This document shows positions 1 to 8,270 of a stretch of 51,192 nucleotides of DNA, in pieces. The notes under the pieces are model-generated. The model was not told the DNA's origin, made no database searches, and saw only the letters and a list, made by a program, of their open reading frames with translations. The stretch is from an uncultured Burkholderiales bacterium (GTDB lineage Bacteria; Actinomycetota; Acidimicrobiia; IMCC26256; JAOSJL01). Location of the stretch: contig CAYRHS010000001.1 in the NCBI GenBank assembly GCA_964424125.1, positions 1 to 51,192 of the forward strand, written 5' to 3'. Numbering within the stretch: position 1 is the stretch's first letter; each line of letters begins with the position of its first letter. The position numbers and the translations under genes are program-made.

Positions 1-87
1 CCGACGCCGCGCTCTCCTTCTCGCCCGGGATTCGTCAGGCCCACGACCTGCCGCTCGTCTTCTGACCGCAACTCGCATCGATCATCC

Positions 88-1056
88 GTGGGCGATACTG
101 CGCGAGTGAGCCCCCGCTACGTCATGGCCGCGCTCCTCGCGATCGCGCTCGGTGCGTCCGCGTGCAGGTCCGACGGTGACCACAGTCAGACCGTGCCGGT
201 CGGCACGCACGTCGAACACGTCGAGCTCACCGTCGACGGACGCGACCGTGAATTCCGCGTGCTGGTGCCCGAGAGCGTCGACGGCCGCGACGGCGTGCCC
301 GCCGTGCTCGTCCTCCACGGCGGCGGTGGATCGATCGACGGCACCGTCGAGCAGACGGGCTTCGACGAGGTCGCGCGACGTGAAGGGTTCCTCGCGGTCT
401 ACCCGCAGGGCACGCCCTCGAGGCTGCGCTTGTTCCGCTCGGAGAGCTACGTGTGGAACGCGGGCGGCTGCTGCGGGGAGGCGCAGGCGGACGACATCGA
501 CGACGTCGCATTCCTGGAGGCCGTGATCGACGAGCTCGAGTCGGAGTTCGGCGTCGATCCCGGCCAGGTGTTCGCCACCGGGATCTCGAACGGCGGCATG
601 ATGGCGTACCGGCTCGCGTGCGAGGCAGCTGATCGCGTGGCCGCCATCGCGCCGGTGGCAGCGACGCTCTTCGTCGACTGCTCGCCCTCGGAGCCTGTGT
701 CGCTGCTGCACATCCACGGCCTCGAGGACCGCAACGTCCGCTTCGAGGGTGGACGCAATCAGAAGGGCATCGTCCGCCAGGACCGTCCGCCCGTACTCGA
801 CGGCATCGAGACGTTCCGGCGGGCCGACGGCTGCACCGACGAGACCGCAACCACCGACGACCCACCCGTGCGGACCGAGACGTGGAGCGAGTGCGACGCG
901 GGCACCGCCGTCAAGCTGCTCACCATCGACGACGGTGGCCATTCGTGGCCCGGCGGTCGGCGACTCTCGCGCCTCCTGGACGAGCCCAGCGACGCGCTCG
1001 ACGCCTCCGCGACGATCTGGGACTTCTTCGCCGCGCACCCGAGATCGGGGAGCTGA
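88..1056 (+). CDS. secreted esterase, PHB-depolymerase/LpqC-like alpha/beta hydrolase (probable lipoprotein)
   Basis: 322-aa ORF. Signal peptide ends in lipobox-like LGASAC. VLHGGGG motif and GISNGG nucleophile elbow (G-x-S-x-G) present, with HIHG..D near the C-terminus. Start is unresolved among in-frame GTG 88, GTG 106 and ATG 124. Confidence 0.7.
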   Translation: MGDTARVSPRYVMAALLAIALGASACRSDGDHSQTVPVGTHVEHVELTVDGRDREFRVLVPESVDGRDGVPAVLVLHGGGGSIDGTVEQTGFDEVARREGFLAVYPQGTPSRLRLFRSESYVWNAGGCCGEAQADDIDDVAFLEAVIDELESEFGVDPGQVFATGISNGGMMAYRLACEAADRVAAIAPVAATLFVDCSPSEPVSLLHIHGLEDRNVRFEGGRNQKGIVRQDRPPVLDGIETFRRADGCTDETATTDDPPVRTETWSECDAGTAVKLLTIDDGGHSWPGGRRLSRLLDEPSDALDASATIWDFFAAHPRSGS

Positions 1057-1081
1057 CTCACGACGATCGGGGAGGGCCGAC

Positions 1082-2518
1082 TCAGGCCCCGCAGTCCGCC
1101 CCCATCTGCACCGCCCACTGGGTCAGCTCGTTGGCCAATTCGGGGTCGAGCTCGCTGGCTTCGTCGAGTATCTGCGTACCGACACGATCGTAGAGGTCGA
1201 GCGACGCGTCCGCGACGCACGTCGCCACCTCTTCGTCACCCGACTCGCCGTAGACCTCCGCATACGACGAGGCGCGCAGCGCGAGCAACCCCGACGCCTC
1301 GGCGCCGCCGCCTGTTCCCTTCGGCACATTCGCGCCCGGGTCGCACGACCGGACCGACACTGCGTCCCCCGTCCGTTCGGTCGAGGCCGCGCCCGACGGC
1401 ATCGCGGCCGCCCAGTCCGCGAGCGCGTCGGCGATCTCCGTCGTGTTCGCTTCGCCGTCCCCGACGAACGTGCCCTGCAGGCAGATGCGGTCATCCTCCC
1501 GGAAGATGACGTAGGAGTCGCCGTTCCAGCCGAGCGCTGCATCGACCGTCCGACGGGGCTCGATGCGCTCGCCGAGCATGATCGCCAGGGTGAGCATGCC
1601 GAAGTCGCCCGAGCCGACCTCCTCCGCAGCAGCGTCGAGGGCGGGGGTCGCAACGTCCGCCGGCGTGTCACCGCCCAGGAACGCGGTCGGATCGATCACC
1701 TGCTCCTCGGAGCGTGGAGGGGCCTCGAAGAGCCGATTACGCCCCGCGTCGCCCCACCGTTCCTCGGCGACCCAGACCAGCGGCGGGCCGAAGGTGTAGG
1801 GAGCGCTCTCGCCCAGGAGCACGGCCTCAGGAACCGCCGCGAGATCGGCCCCTTCGATCTCCCCGGACTCCTCCTCCGCATATCGATCCTGCTGGGCCGC
1901 AGGCAGCGATTCGACGTACGCCTGCTCGGTGGTCACGGCGTCTCCCTCGGAGACCGACCGGAGCGCGAACACCTCGCCATCGGTGAGGTCGTTCTCCTCG
2001 AACGCGCGGCCGAGATCGAAGTGCTGGTCGTCGAGCGCGTGGGTCAGCTCGTGCACGACCGTTCCCCGCACGTACGGGGACAGGCCGACGCCCTTGACGA
2101 CGAGTCGCTCCGCTTCGTAGTCGTAGAAACCGACGGTTCCCTCTCCGCCGTACTCCTGGACGACCTCCTTGGCGTCGAACTCGGACGAAACGAGACCCAT
2201 CGCGCGCATCGCGGCGAAGAAGTCGGCGAGGTCCGCGAGCGCTTGATCATCTAGCTCCGCCTGCTGGCGGAAGCTCCTCGTGTAGGCGTCGGCGTCGACG
2301 AACTCGACCTCGACCGGGTGATCGAAGTCGAGGCCGCGCTCGCGTTCCACGAATTCGGCAAGGCGCTCGATCTCCGGATCCCAGGTGACATCGTCCCCGA
2401 GCGGGTCGAGAACGACGAACGCCGCCGCCGCCAGCGCGACCACCGCCACGATCGACCCGAGCGCGATGGGCCACCGCCGACGCTTCGGCGGCGGCGGACT
2501 CTGCCACTCCGGCACCAT
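1082..2518 (-). CDS. membrane-anchored putative zinc metalloprotease (HExxH)
   Basis: 478-aa ORF. N-terminal basic stretch plus one TM segment (WPIALGSIVAVVALAAAAFVV). VHELTHALDDQHF contains HExxH. Codon usage is typical of the window. Confidence 0.6.
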   Translation of the reverse strand: MVPEWQSPPPPKRRRWPIALGSIVAVVALAAAAFVVLDPLGDDVTWDPEIERLAEFVERERGLDFDHPVEVEFVDADAYTRSFRQQAELDDQALADLADFFAAMRAMGLVSSEFDAKEVVQEYGGEGTVGFYDYEAERLVVKGVGLSPYVRGTVVHELTHALDDQHFDLGRAFEENDLTDGEVFALRSVSEGDAVTTEQAYVESLPAAQQDRYAEEESGEIEGADLAAVPEAVLLGESAPYTFGPPLVWVAEERWGDAGRNRLFEAPPRSEEQVIDPTAFLGGDTPADVATPALDAAAEEVGSGDFGMLTLAIMLGERIEPRRTVDAALGWNGDSYVIFREDDRICLQGTFVGDGEANTTEIADALADWAAAMPSGAASTERTGDAVSVRSCDPGANVPKGTGGGAEASGLLALRASSYAEVYGESGDEEVATCVADASLDLYDRVGTQILDEASELDPELANELTQWAVQMGADCGA

Positions 2519-2626
2519 GGCCCAGGGCGGCGCGGGCGTGCTCGGCGCCGCCGGTGGCGGAGCGAGGGCCCTTGTGGAGCGCTCGGAACCACGGGCGCGT
2601 TTTCCGAGCCGGGCGACACACTCCGT

Positions 2627-2711
2627 GCCTGTGGAGGGGGTGGTCGTTCGTCAGGCCCCAAGCGATGGCCCTACCGCGGGCAGCGTTCGATCGTGTGGGA
2701 GGGGATGATCG
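2627..2711 (-). ncRNA. candidate 6C-like element: two hairpins with C-rich loops in the long leader of the protease gene
   Basis: On the minus strand, CGATC/GATCG stem (2711-2688) has loop AUCCCCUCCCACAC. GCCUG/CAGGC stem (2656-2627) has a loop containing CCACCCCCUCC. The unit spans about 85 nt. No covariance model was run. Confidence 0.25.
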
Positions 2712-2817
2712 TGGTGCAGATCCGGCAGCGACGAATCTCGTCTCGACGCACACGCCTCCGATCGGTCGGAACCGCTACTGTCCCATTCGGACGGTTCCGG
2801 GAGGAATCGAGGGTTTA

Positions 2818-2823
2818 ATTCTA
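2818..2823 (-). promoter_or_regulatory. candidate -10 hexamer TAGAAT
   Basis: GGGTAGAATTAAACCC on the minus strand is the only AT-rich patch in the 335-bp gap between the phosphatase stop (2854) and the protease start (2518). No convincing -35 was seen. Confidence 0.25.
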
Positions 2824-2853
2824 CCCTTTACGCACCGGGCGCCGGCCGCGACC

Positions 2854-3441
2854 TCAGACGCCCGCGAGGTGCCCGGTCTCGTTGAAGCTCAGCAGGCGCG
2901 GACCGACACCCACGCGGGTCACCGACGCGACCGAGAGCAAGGCGCGGAACGCGACCTCGTCGCCCACGCCGAGTGACCAGGCCAGCGCGGCTTTGATCGG
3001 CGACACATGGCTCACCGCGACGACGAGCCCTGCTCCTGCCGCCCCGTCGAGCTGCTCCTCGGAGAACGCGACGACGCGCGCCCGCACCGAGCGCAAGCTC
3101 TCACCGCCCGGCGGGGCGAAGTCGGGATCGTCGCGCCAGCGCCGCCAGTCGGACGCGGGGACGTCGGCGACGGGCCGGCCGTCCCACTCCCCGTAGTCGA
3201 GTTCGACGAGGCGGTCGTCGACGACGACGTCGACGCCGGCGGCATCGGCGATCGCCGCGGCGGTGTGCCGGGCGCGGGCGAGCGGGCTGGCCAGCACCAT
3301 CACGGGTTCCTCGGCTCCGAGTGCCCGTCCGACTGCAGTCGCCTGTCGGCGACCTCGGTCCGTCAACGCCGCGTCGAGCAAGCCTCCCAGTCGCCCCTGC
3401 TCGTTGTGCTCGCTCTCGCCGTGACGTACGAACGCGATCAC
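2854..3441 (-). CDS. histidine phosphatase family protein (phosphoglycerate mutase / CobC-like)
   Basis: 195 aa. N-terminal FVRHGESEHN (RHG catalytic motif) and a later SH motif (AVSHVSP). ATGA start/stop overlap with the upstream gene at 3438-3441. Confidence 0.8.
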   Translation of the reverse strand: MIAFVRHGESEHNEQGRLGGLLDAALTDRGRRQATAVGRALGAEEPVMVLASPLARARHTAAAIADAAGVDVVVDDRLVELDYGEWDGRPVADVPASDWRRWRDDPDFAPPGGESLRSVRARVVAFSEEQLDGAAGAGLVVAVSHVSPIKAALAWSLGVGDEVAFRALLSVASVTRVGVGPRLLSFNETGHLAGV

Positions 3442-3920
3442 TGCGCACCCTCACGGAGATACAGGCGACCCGCGCGGAGGAAGCTCCGGCGGCGGGCCGG
3501 ATCAGCCAGCCCGAACCGTTGCCAGATCCACCACCATCCCGCAAGGCCCGCGAGCTCCTCGAGCACGACGAGCCCCGGCGACGGAAGCAGCGCCACGTCG
3601 GAAAAAGAGGTGCCGAGGACGGGCCAGAGGAACACCTCGTTCTGCGTCCACGCGCCGGAGAGCAGCAACCCGCAGAGCATGCCGAACGGCAGGAACACGA
3701 CGCGCCGTCGCAGCCGTCGGTGGCGGACCGTCGCGACCATCACCGCCGTGAGCAGCACGGCGGCGGCCAGCAACGTGTGGCCGATTCCCCATCGGCGGAA
3801 GCCGAGGTCGATGGCGAGCGGCAACAGCGCGCCGAGCGCCGCGAAACGATGGTCGGCGACCGGGTCGTGCAGGACCATCCAGGTGATGATGATCGTTCCC
3901 GCCGTGAGCCAGAGGATCAC
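3438..3920 (-). CDS. polytopic membrane protein, function unknown (possibly YdjM/DUF457-like membrane hydrolase)
   Basis: Four or five hydrophobic segments. Start trimmed to GTG 3920, which forms a GTGA overlap with the stop of the zinc-ribbon gene (3917-3919). The longer track ORF (to 4031) would overlap that gene by 115 nt. Confidence 0.55.
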   Translation of the reverse strand: MILWLTAGTIIITWMVLHDPVADHRFAALGALLPLAIDLGFRRWGIGHTLLAAAVLLTAVMVATVRHRRLRRRVVFLPFGMLCGLLLSGAWTQNEVFLWPVLGTSFSDVALLPSPGLVVLEELAGLAGWWWIWQRFGLADPARRRSFLRAGRLYLREGAQ

Positions 3921-4630
3921 GACGGCACGAGGATGCAACCACAGTTCTCGCAGAACGAGATCGAGCCGGCGGGCTGTCTGCGGATCCGCGTGACCTCGGT
4001 CGCGGGCAAGGAGAGGTGGCAGCCCTGGCACGTGTCGCCCACGAGCCGCGCCGCCCCGACGGCTCCGGACGCGCGGGTGCGCTCGTAGGCGGCGAGGACC
4101 TGCTCCGGGATCTGGCCGAGGAGCGGGCCGCGCGCTTCGAGCTCACGGGCGAGCTCGGCATCGCAGTCGGCCTCCCGGTCAGCGATGATCGAGCCGATTC
4201 GCTCGAGCTCCTCCTGGATCGTGTGTCGCGCGCGCTCGGCTTCGGTGAGCTCGGACTCGATTCGTTCGCGCTGCTCCATCACGTCGAGCTCACGGTCCTC
4301 GACCCCCTGCTGGTGCCGCCGGAGCTGGTCGACGTCGGCCTGGAGTGCCTGGAGCTCCCGGGGCGAGGCGATCTCACCGGAATAGAGCTTCCGCTCCTCG
4401 TCCTTCGCCTTGGCCTCGAGGCTCGCGGCCTCGTCGGCGAATCGCCGTTCCTCTTTCGTGACGTCGTCGCGTCGCGCGGCCAACGCTGCGATGCGGGCGT
4501 CGAGCCCGGCCGCGTTCCGTTGCTGCTCCTCCAGTTCGGCGCGCTCGGGAATGGCCGCACGGCGATGACGGATCTGATCGACGGCGGTGTCGTGCGCCTG
4601 GATCTCGAGCAGCGTGTCGAGCGGCCCCAT
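3917..4630 (-). CDS. zinc-ribbon coiled-coil protein (COG1579/DUF164-like)
   Basis: 237 aa. Long heptad-like Glu/Arg/Ala-rich coiled coil followed by C-terminal CQGCH...CENCGC (C-x2-C ... C-x2-C). Confidence 0.8.
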   Translation of the reverse strand: MGPLDTLLEIQAHDTAVDQIRHRRAAIPERAELEEQQRNAAGLDARIAALAARRDDVTKEERRFADEAASLEAKAKDEERKLYSGEIASPRELQALQADVDQLRRHQQGVEDRELDVMEQRERIESELTEAERARHTIQEELERIGSIIADREADCDAELARELEARGPLLGQIPEQVLAAYERTRASGAVGAARLVGDTCQGCHLSLPATEVTRIRRQPAGSISFCENCGCILVPS

Positions 4631-4674
4631 CGCCGGCGGAGCCTACCGGCGAGGCCGGCGCGCGCCCGCCCGCG

Positions 4675-6774
4675 TCACGGACCGCTCGACGGCGGCGCGG
4701 TCGACGGCGGCGCGGTCGACGGCGGCGCGGTGGAAGGCGGCGCAGTCGACGGCGGCGCAGTCGGTGCCGGCGCGGTCTCGGGCGGCGCGGTTTCGGGCGG
4801 CGCGGTCGGAGCCGGCGCTGGCGGCGCGGTCGGAGTCGGGGAAACCGGTCCCGGCAACGCGATGACGTCTCCGCCACGACCGTTCTCGCTGATGGCCCGA
4901 GGCGCCGGCCACTTGGACTTGTCGGGAGGCGGGAACGAGCACGGCGGCGCGTCGGCGAGCGCTTCGCTCATGAACCGGCTCCAGATCATGGCCGGGTAGG
5001 TCCCGCCGAAGACGGGGCTGAACTGACCGACGCTGCGCATCTCGTTGACGGTCGAGTTGGGGTCTCCCATCCACACGGCCGCGGTCAGATCGTCACACGA
5101 GTACCCGACGAACCAGGCGTCGACGTTGCGGTCGGTCGATCCTGTCTTGCCCGCGGCCGCGCGCGGGATCTGGGCGCGGGTGCCGGTGCCGCCGCTGATC
5201 ACACCCTGGAGGACGTCGGTGATCGTGTAAGCGATGTTCGGGTCGAGGACTTGCTCCCCGGGGAAGTTCTCCTCGAAGACCAGCTGGCCGTCGGATGTCT
5301 CGACCTTGGTCACGAAGACCGGATCGTGGCGGACCCCGCCATCCGAGAACGTCGAGAAGGCGGTAGCCATGTCGAGCGGCGAGACGGAGCTCGTACCCAA
5401 GGTCAGCGACAAGTTCGCGCCCAGCTCGGACGTGATGCCGAGTCGGTTCCCCATCTCGACGACGTTCTGGGGCCCGATCGCCTTGTTGAGCCGCACGTAC
5501 GCGCAGTTGATCGAGTTCTCCGTCTGCGAACGCAGCGTCGCCGTCCCGGCCGTGGTCCCGCCGGGGGTGTAGGGCTTGTCCTCACCGATGTCGAACGAGC
5601 AGCTCGAGCCGCTGATGCGATCCTCGACCGAGTAGCCCTGCTCGAGCGCGGTCGCGAGCGTGATCGGCTTCATCGCCGAACCCGGCTGGCGGGTTCCTTG
5701 CACGGCCAGGTTGAACTGGGTCTCGGAGAAATCGCGCCCACCCACCATCGCCTTCACCGCGCCGGTCTTGGGGTCCATGGCGATGATCGCGGCGGTGAAG
5801 GTCGGCTGGTCGGGCACGATCTCGTCGACGGCCCGCTTGGCGATCTCGGCCAGACGCGGGTCCTCGGTGGTGTAGATACGCAGGCCGCCGGTGAGCAGCG
5901 TCTGTTCGCGATCCTCGGCGGTCTCACCGAGCCGGGGGTCGTTCAGCAGCCGCCGTTGCACCTCCTCGACGAAGTAGTTGTTGGGCCGGAGCTCGGCGGG
6001 TGGGCGCAAGGTGGGAAGCGGCAGGAAGTTGCAGAACGCCTGCGCGTCCTCGTCGATGTAGCCCTCCTCGACCATCGCCTCGAGGACCTCCTGGCGGCGT
6101 TCGAGGGCGGCCTCCGGGTTGTCGAAGGGGTTGTAGGCGGACGGGGACTGGATGAGCCCCGCGAGGAGCGCGGCGCTGCACGTGTCGAGCTCACCGAGCG
6201 GCTTGCCCGCGACCCGCTCGGACGCCGCGCGAATGCCGTAGGAGTTCTCACCGAAGTACACGGTGTTGAGGTACTCGGTGAGGATCCGCTGCTTGCTGAG
6301 CTCGGTGTTGAGTTGGTAGGCGAGCACGAGCTCGCGCAACTTCCGACTCACCGACACCTCGGGCGTGAGCACGCGGTTCTTGACGAGCTGCTGCGTGATC
6401 GTCGACGCGCCTTGGAGCACGTCACCCGAGCCCAGGTTCTTCATCGCGGCTCGACCGATCGCCTCGAGGTCGATCCCCGGGTTCGTCCAGAAGCTGCGGT
6501 CCTCGATGGCGATCACCGCGTCGATCGCCACCTGGGGGACCTCGTCGAGCTCGACGGTCTCCCGGTTCTCCAGACCCAAGCGTCCGATCTCGGTACCGTT
6601 GGCGTCGTAGACGATGGAGCGCTGCGCGACGGGCGCGAGCTGATCCGCCACCGACGCCTGGGACTCGGCAGCTTCGGACAGGCGGAGCAGGCCGGGAGCA
6701 AAGAGCGCGAAGGCAACGCCGAGCGCAACGCCCCCGACCCCCACGATGAAGAGGAATCGGATGAGGCGGGTCAC
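4675..6774 (-). CDS. class A penicillin-binding protein (glycosyltransferase + transpeptidase) with Pro/Thr/Ala-rich tail
   Basis: 699 aa. N-terminal TM. GT51 motifs (AIEDRSFW, GASTITQQL, RKxxE). Transpeptidase SxxK (GSAMKP), SxN (ENSINCAY) and KTG (GKTGST). C-terminal TAPPx repeats. Confidence 0.9.
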   Translation of the reverse strand: MTRLIRFLFIVGVGGVALGVAFALFAPGLLRLSEAAESQASVADQLAPVAQRSIVYDANGTEIGRLGLENRETVELDEVPQVAIDAVIAIEDRSFWTNPGIDLEAIGRAAMKNLGSGDVLQGASTITQQLVKNRVLTPEVSVSRKLRELVLAYQLNTELSKQRILTEYLNTVYFGENSYGIRAASERVAGKPLGELDTCSAALLAGLIQSPSAYNPFDNPEAALERRQEVLEAMVEEGYIDEDAQAFCNFLPLPTLRPPAELRPNNYFVEEVQRRLLNDPRLGETAEDREQTLLTGGLRIYTTEDPRLAEIAKRAVDEIVPDQPTFTAAIIAMDPKTGAVKAMVGGRDFSETQFNLAVQGTRQPGSAMKPITLATALEQGYSVEDRISGSSCSFDIGEDKPYTPGGTTAGTATLRSQTENSINCAYVRLNKAIGPQNVVEMGNRLGITSELGANLSLTLGTSSVSPLDMATAFSTFSDGGVRHDPVFVTKVETSDGQLVFEENFPGEQVLDPNIAYTITDVLQGVISGGTGTRAQIPRAAAGKTGSTDRNVDAWFVGYSCDDLTAAVWMGDPNSTVNEMRSVGQFSPVFGGTYPAMIWSRFMSEALADAPPCSFPPPDKSKWPAPRAISENGRGGDVIALPGPVSPTPTAPPAPAPTAPPETAPPETAPAPTAPPSTAPPSTAPPSTAPPSTAPPSSGP
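4687..4821. repeat. about nine tandem 15-bp units (CGACGGCGGCGCGGT and variants) encoding the TAPPS/TAPPE tail of the PBP
   Basis: Read directly. Three perfect copies at 4687-4731, then diverged copies. In frame with the PBP C-terminus. Confidence 0.9.
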
Positions 6775-6822
6775 GAGAGCTACCAGGATCGCACAGCGCG
6801 ACCCCGAGTTCCGATCGGGCCC

Positions 6823-7827
6823 CTACGCCGTTCCGTTGCAGGAGAAGGCGGCCTGTACGCCCCCGTGGTCCGACGCCCAGACGACCCCGTCGACCGGTGG
6901 TTCCACCGGCTCCCCGGCGAAGGGCCCGGTTCGGTCGGGATCGAAGGCGAGCGCGCAGTCGTCGGGCGCACGGGCCAGGACGAAGTCGATGCGCTCGGAG
7001 AACGTCTGTTGCGGATCGTCGAGCCCGTCGAGCGTGCGCCCGGTCCCGGTGCAACACGTGCACCCTTCGCCGGTCGCCGGGTCACACTCCGGATTCCCTG
7101 CCGCGGTCCAGGCGTCGGCGAAGCCTGCATCCAGCAAGGTCGTGATCCGGGGGTGTTCGACCGGCTGGTTCAGGTCGCCGCTGATGATGGCGATCCCGGA
7201 AGGATCCCTTCGCTCGTCGAGGAACTCGAGCAGCTGGCGGGACTGGCAGGTTCCCGTCTCCAGGCCCGGTTCGCACAGCGGCTGGGGGCAGTTCGAGGCA
7301 TCGCAATCGGGATTGTTCGCGCTGCTCGCGAGGTGCGTGGTGACGAAGTCGATCGGGCCCAGGTCGGAGTCGACCCTGACCCACTGGGCACCCCACGGGA
7401 AGTTGGCCAGGTCGACGTATGCCTCGTCCAGCACGGGGAGCCGGGTGAGGACCATCTCCTGGTCGACCGTGTTGGACGGTTCCGCCTCGGGGTTGAACAC
7501 GAGCTCGTAGGCGCCGTCGCACAACGCGGGCAACCGCTCGGGTACCAGTTCCGTCTGGCGGGGCCCGATCTCCTGGAGCCCGACCAGGTCGGGACATCCC
7601 GCGGTCTCGATCGCGTCGAAGAGCAGCTCGAGACGCGCGGGCGCCTCACAGAAGTCGGTCTCCTCGGGACAGATCCGCGGGTCGATGCCGTGGAGCGCGT
7701 TGAGCGTGGCGACCTCGACCGTCGGAGGGGGTACCCCGGTCGTCGCGGCGGAATCCGAGCCGTCGCCACCCGCCGTGCACCCGGCCACGAGTGGCACGAG
7801 CGCGACGAGCAACCACGAGCCCCGCAT
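6823..7827 (-). CDS. endonuclease/exonuclease/phosphatase (EEP) family lipoprotein, Cys-rich
   Basis: Start trimmed to ATG 7827 (MRGSWLLVALVPLVAGC lipobox). EEP-like blocks LNALHG, GLQEI, SGDLN and a terminal SDHGGV. About 14 further cysteines. Confidence 0.7.
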   Translation of the reverse strand: MRGSWLLVALVPLVAGCTAGGDGSDSAATTGVPPPTVEVATLNALHGIDPRICPEETDFCEAPARLELLFDAIETAGCPDLVGLQEIGPRQTELVPERLPALCDGAYELVFNPEAEPSNTVDQEMVLTRLPVLDEAYVDLANFPWGAQWVRVDSDLGPIDFVTTHLASSANNPDCDASNCPQPLCEPGLETGTCQSRQLLEFLDERRDPSGIAIISGDLNQPVEHPRITTLLDAGFADAWTAAGNPECDPATGEGCTCCTGTGRTLDGLDDPQQTFSERIDFVLARAPDDCALAFDPDRTGPFAGEPVEPPVDGVVWASDHGGVQAAFSCNGTA

Positions 7828-7927
7828 CAGCCCACCCCCCCGGGTTTCCCCGGGCCACGCTAGCGGCTCGCCCGCGGCCGGTTCGCCCGGGAATCCCAAG
7901 CGCGCCACACTCGCGACGGAGGGAGCG

Positions 7928-8023
7928 ATGCGCCGGAAACAGCAACAGCTCGTCGCCATCGTCATCATCGCCGGCCTGGTGCTCGCGTTGATCGCCTCCG
8001 CGATCAGCGCCGTGTTCTTCTGA
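7928..8023 (+). CDS. candidate 31-aa single-TM micro-protein
   Basis: GGAGGGA sits 3 nt before the ATG. MRRKQQQ then a 22-residue hydrophobic helix (LVAIVIIAGLVLALIASAISAVFF). Lies in an otherwise unassigned 440-bp gap. Confidence 0.3.
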   Translation: MRRKQQQLVAIVIIAGLVLALIASAISAVFF

Positions 8024-8270
8024 TCGCCGTCGGGGTTTGACCGTCCGTTCACACTGCGGTGACCCCATCGTCACCTGCGAGCGCGACACTGGCCCGCGTT
8101 GGCCCACGACCGGAGCCGTGTCATTCCGCCGACCGCCGCGAGGGCGTCGCTTTCGACGAGCATGCGGGGACTACGAGACGACATCGAGACCGTCGTGAGT
8201 TCGGTCCTGTGCCTGCTCGGGACCGTCGCGGCAACGTAGCGCGCCGCGCCCCTGATCCGGCGCCGGTCGC

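Noticed and set aside
1-65. 3' end of a plus-strand CDS entering from the left edge (stop TGA 63-65)
   Set aside because: Only about 20 codons are visible, which is too short to identify or to distinguish from a shadow frame.
4687-4821. Regularly spaced short direct repeats that could be taken for a CRISPR array
   Set aside because: The units are contiguous with no spacers, have 15-bp periodicity, and are in frame with and part of the PBP coding sequence.
5251-7863. 870-aa plus-strand ORF
   Set aside because: It lies antisense to the PBP and EEP genes. Its composition is Arg/Gly/Leu/Pro-dominated with no motifs. This is the typical GC-rich shadow ORF.
6823-8052. Long N-terminal extensions offered by the ORF track. 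Examples: 8052 for the EEP gene, 21610 for the IMPase, 27345 for the FAD oxidase, 19150 for whiB, 38216 for the binding protein, 19057 for the serine hydrolase.
   Set aside because: The extensions are Arg/Pro/Gly-rich, lack signal or domain features, and often overlap neighbouring genes or the whiB leader. Internal starts give proper lipoboxes, SD sequences or family-typical N-termini.
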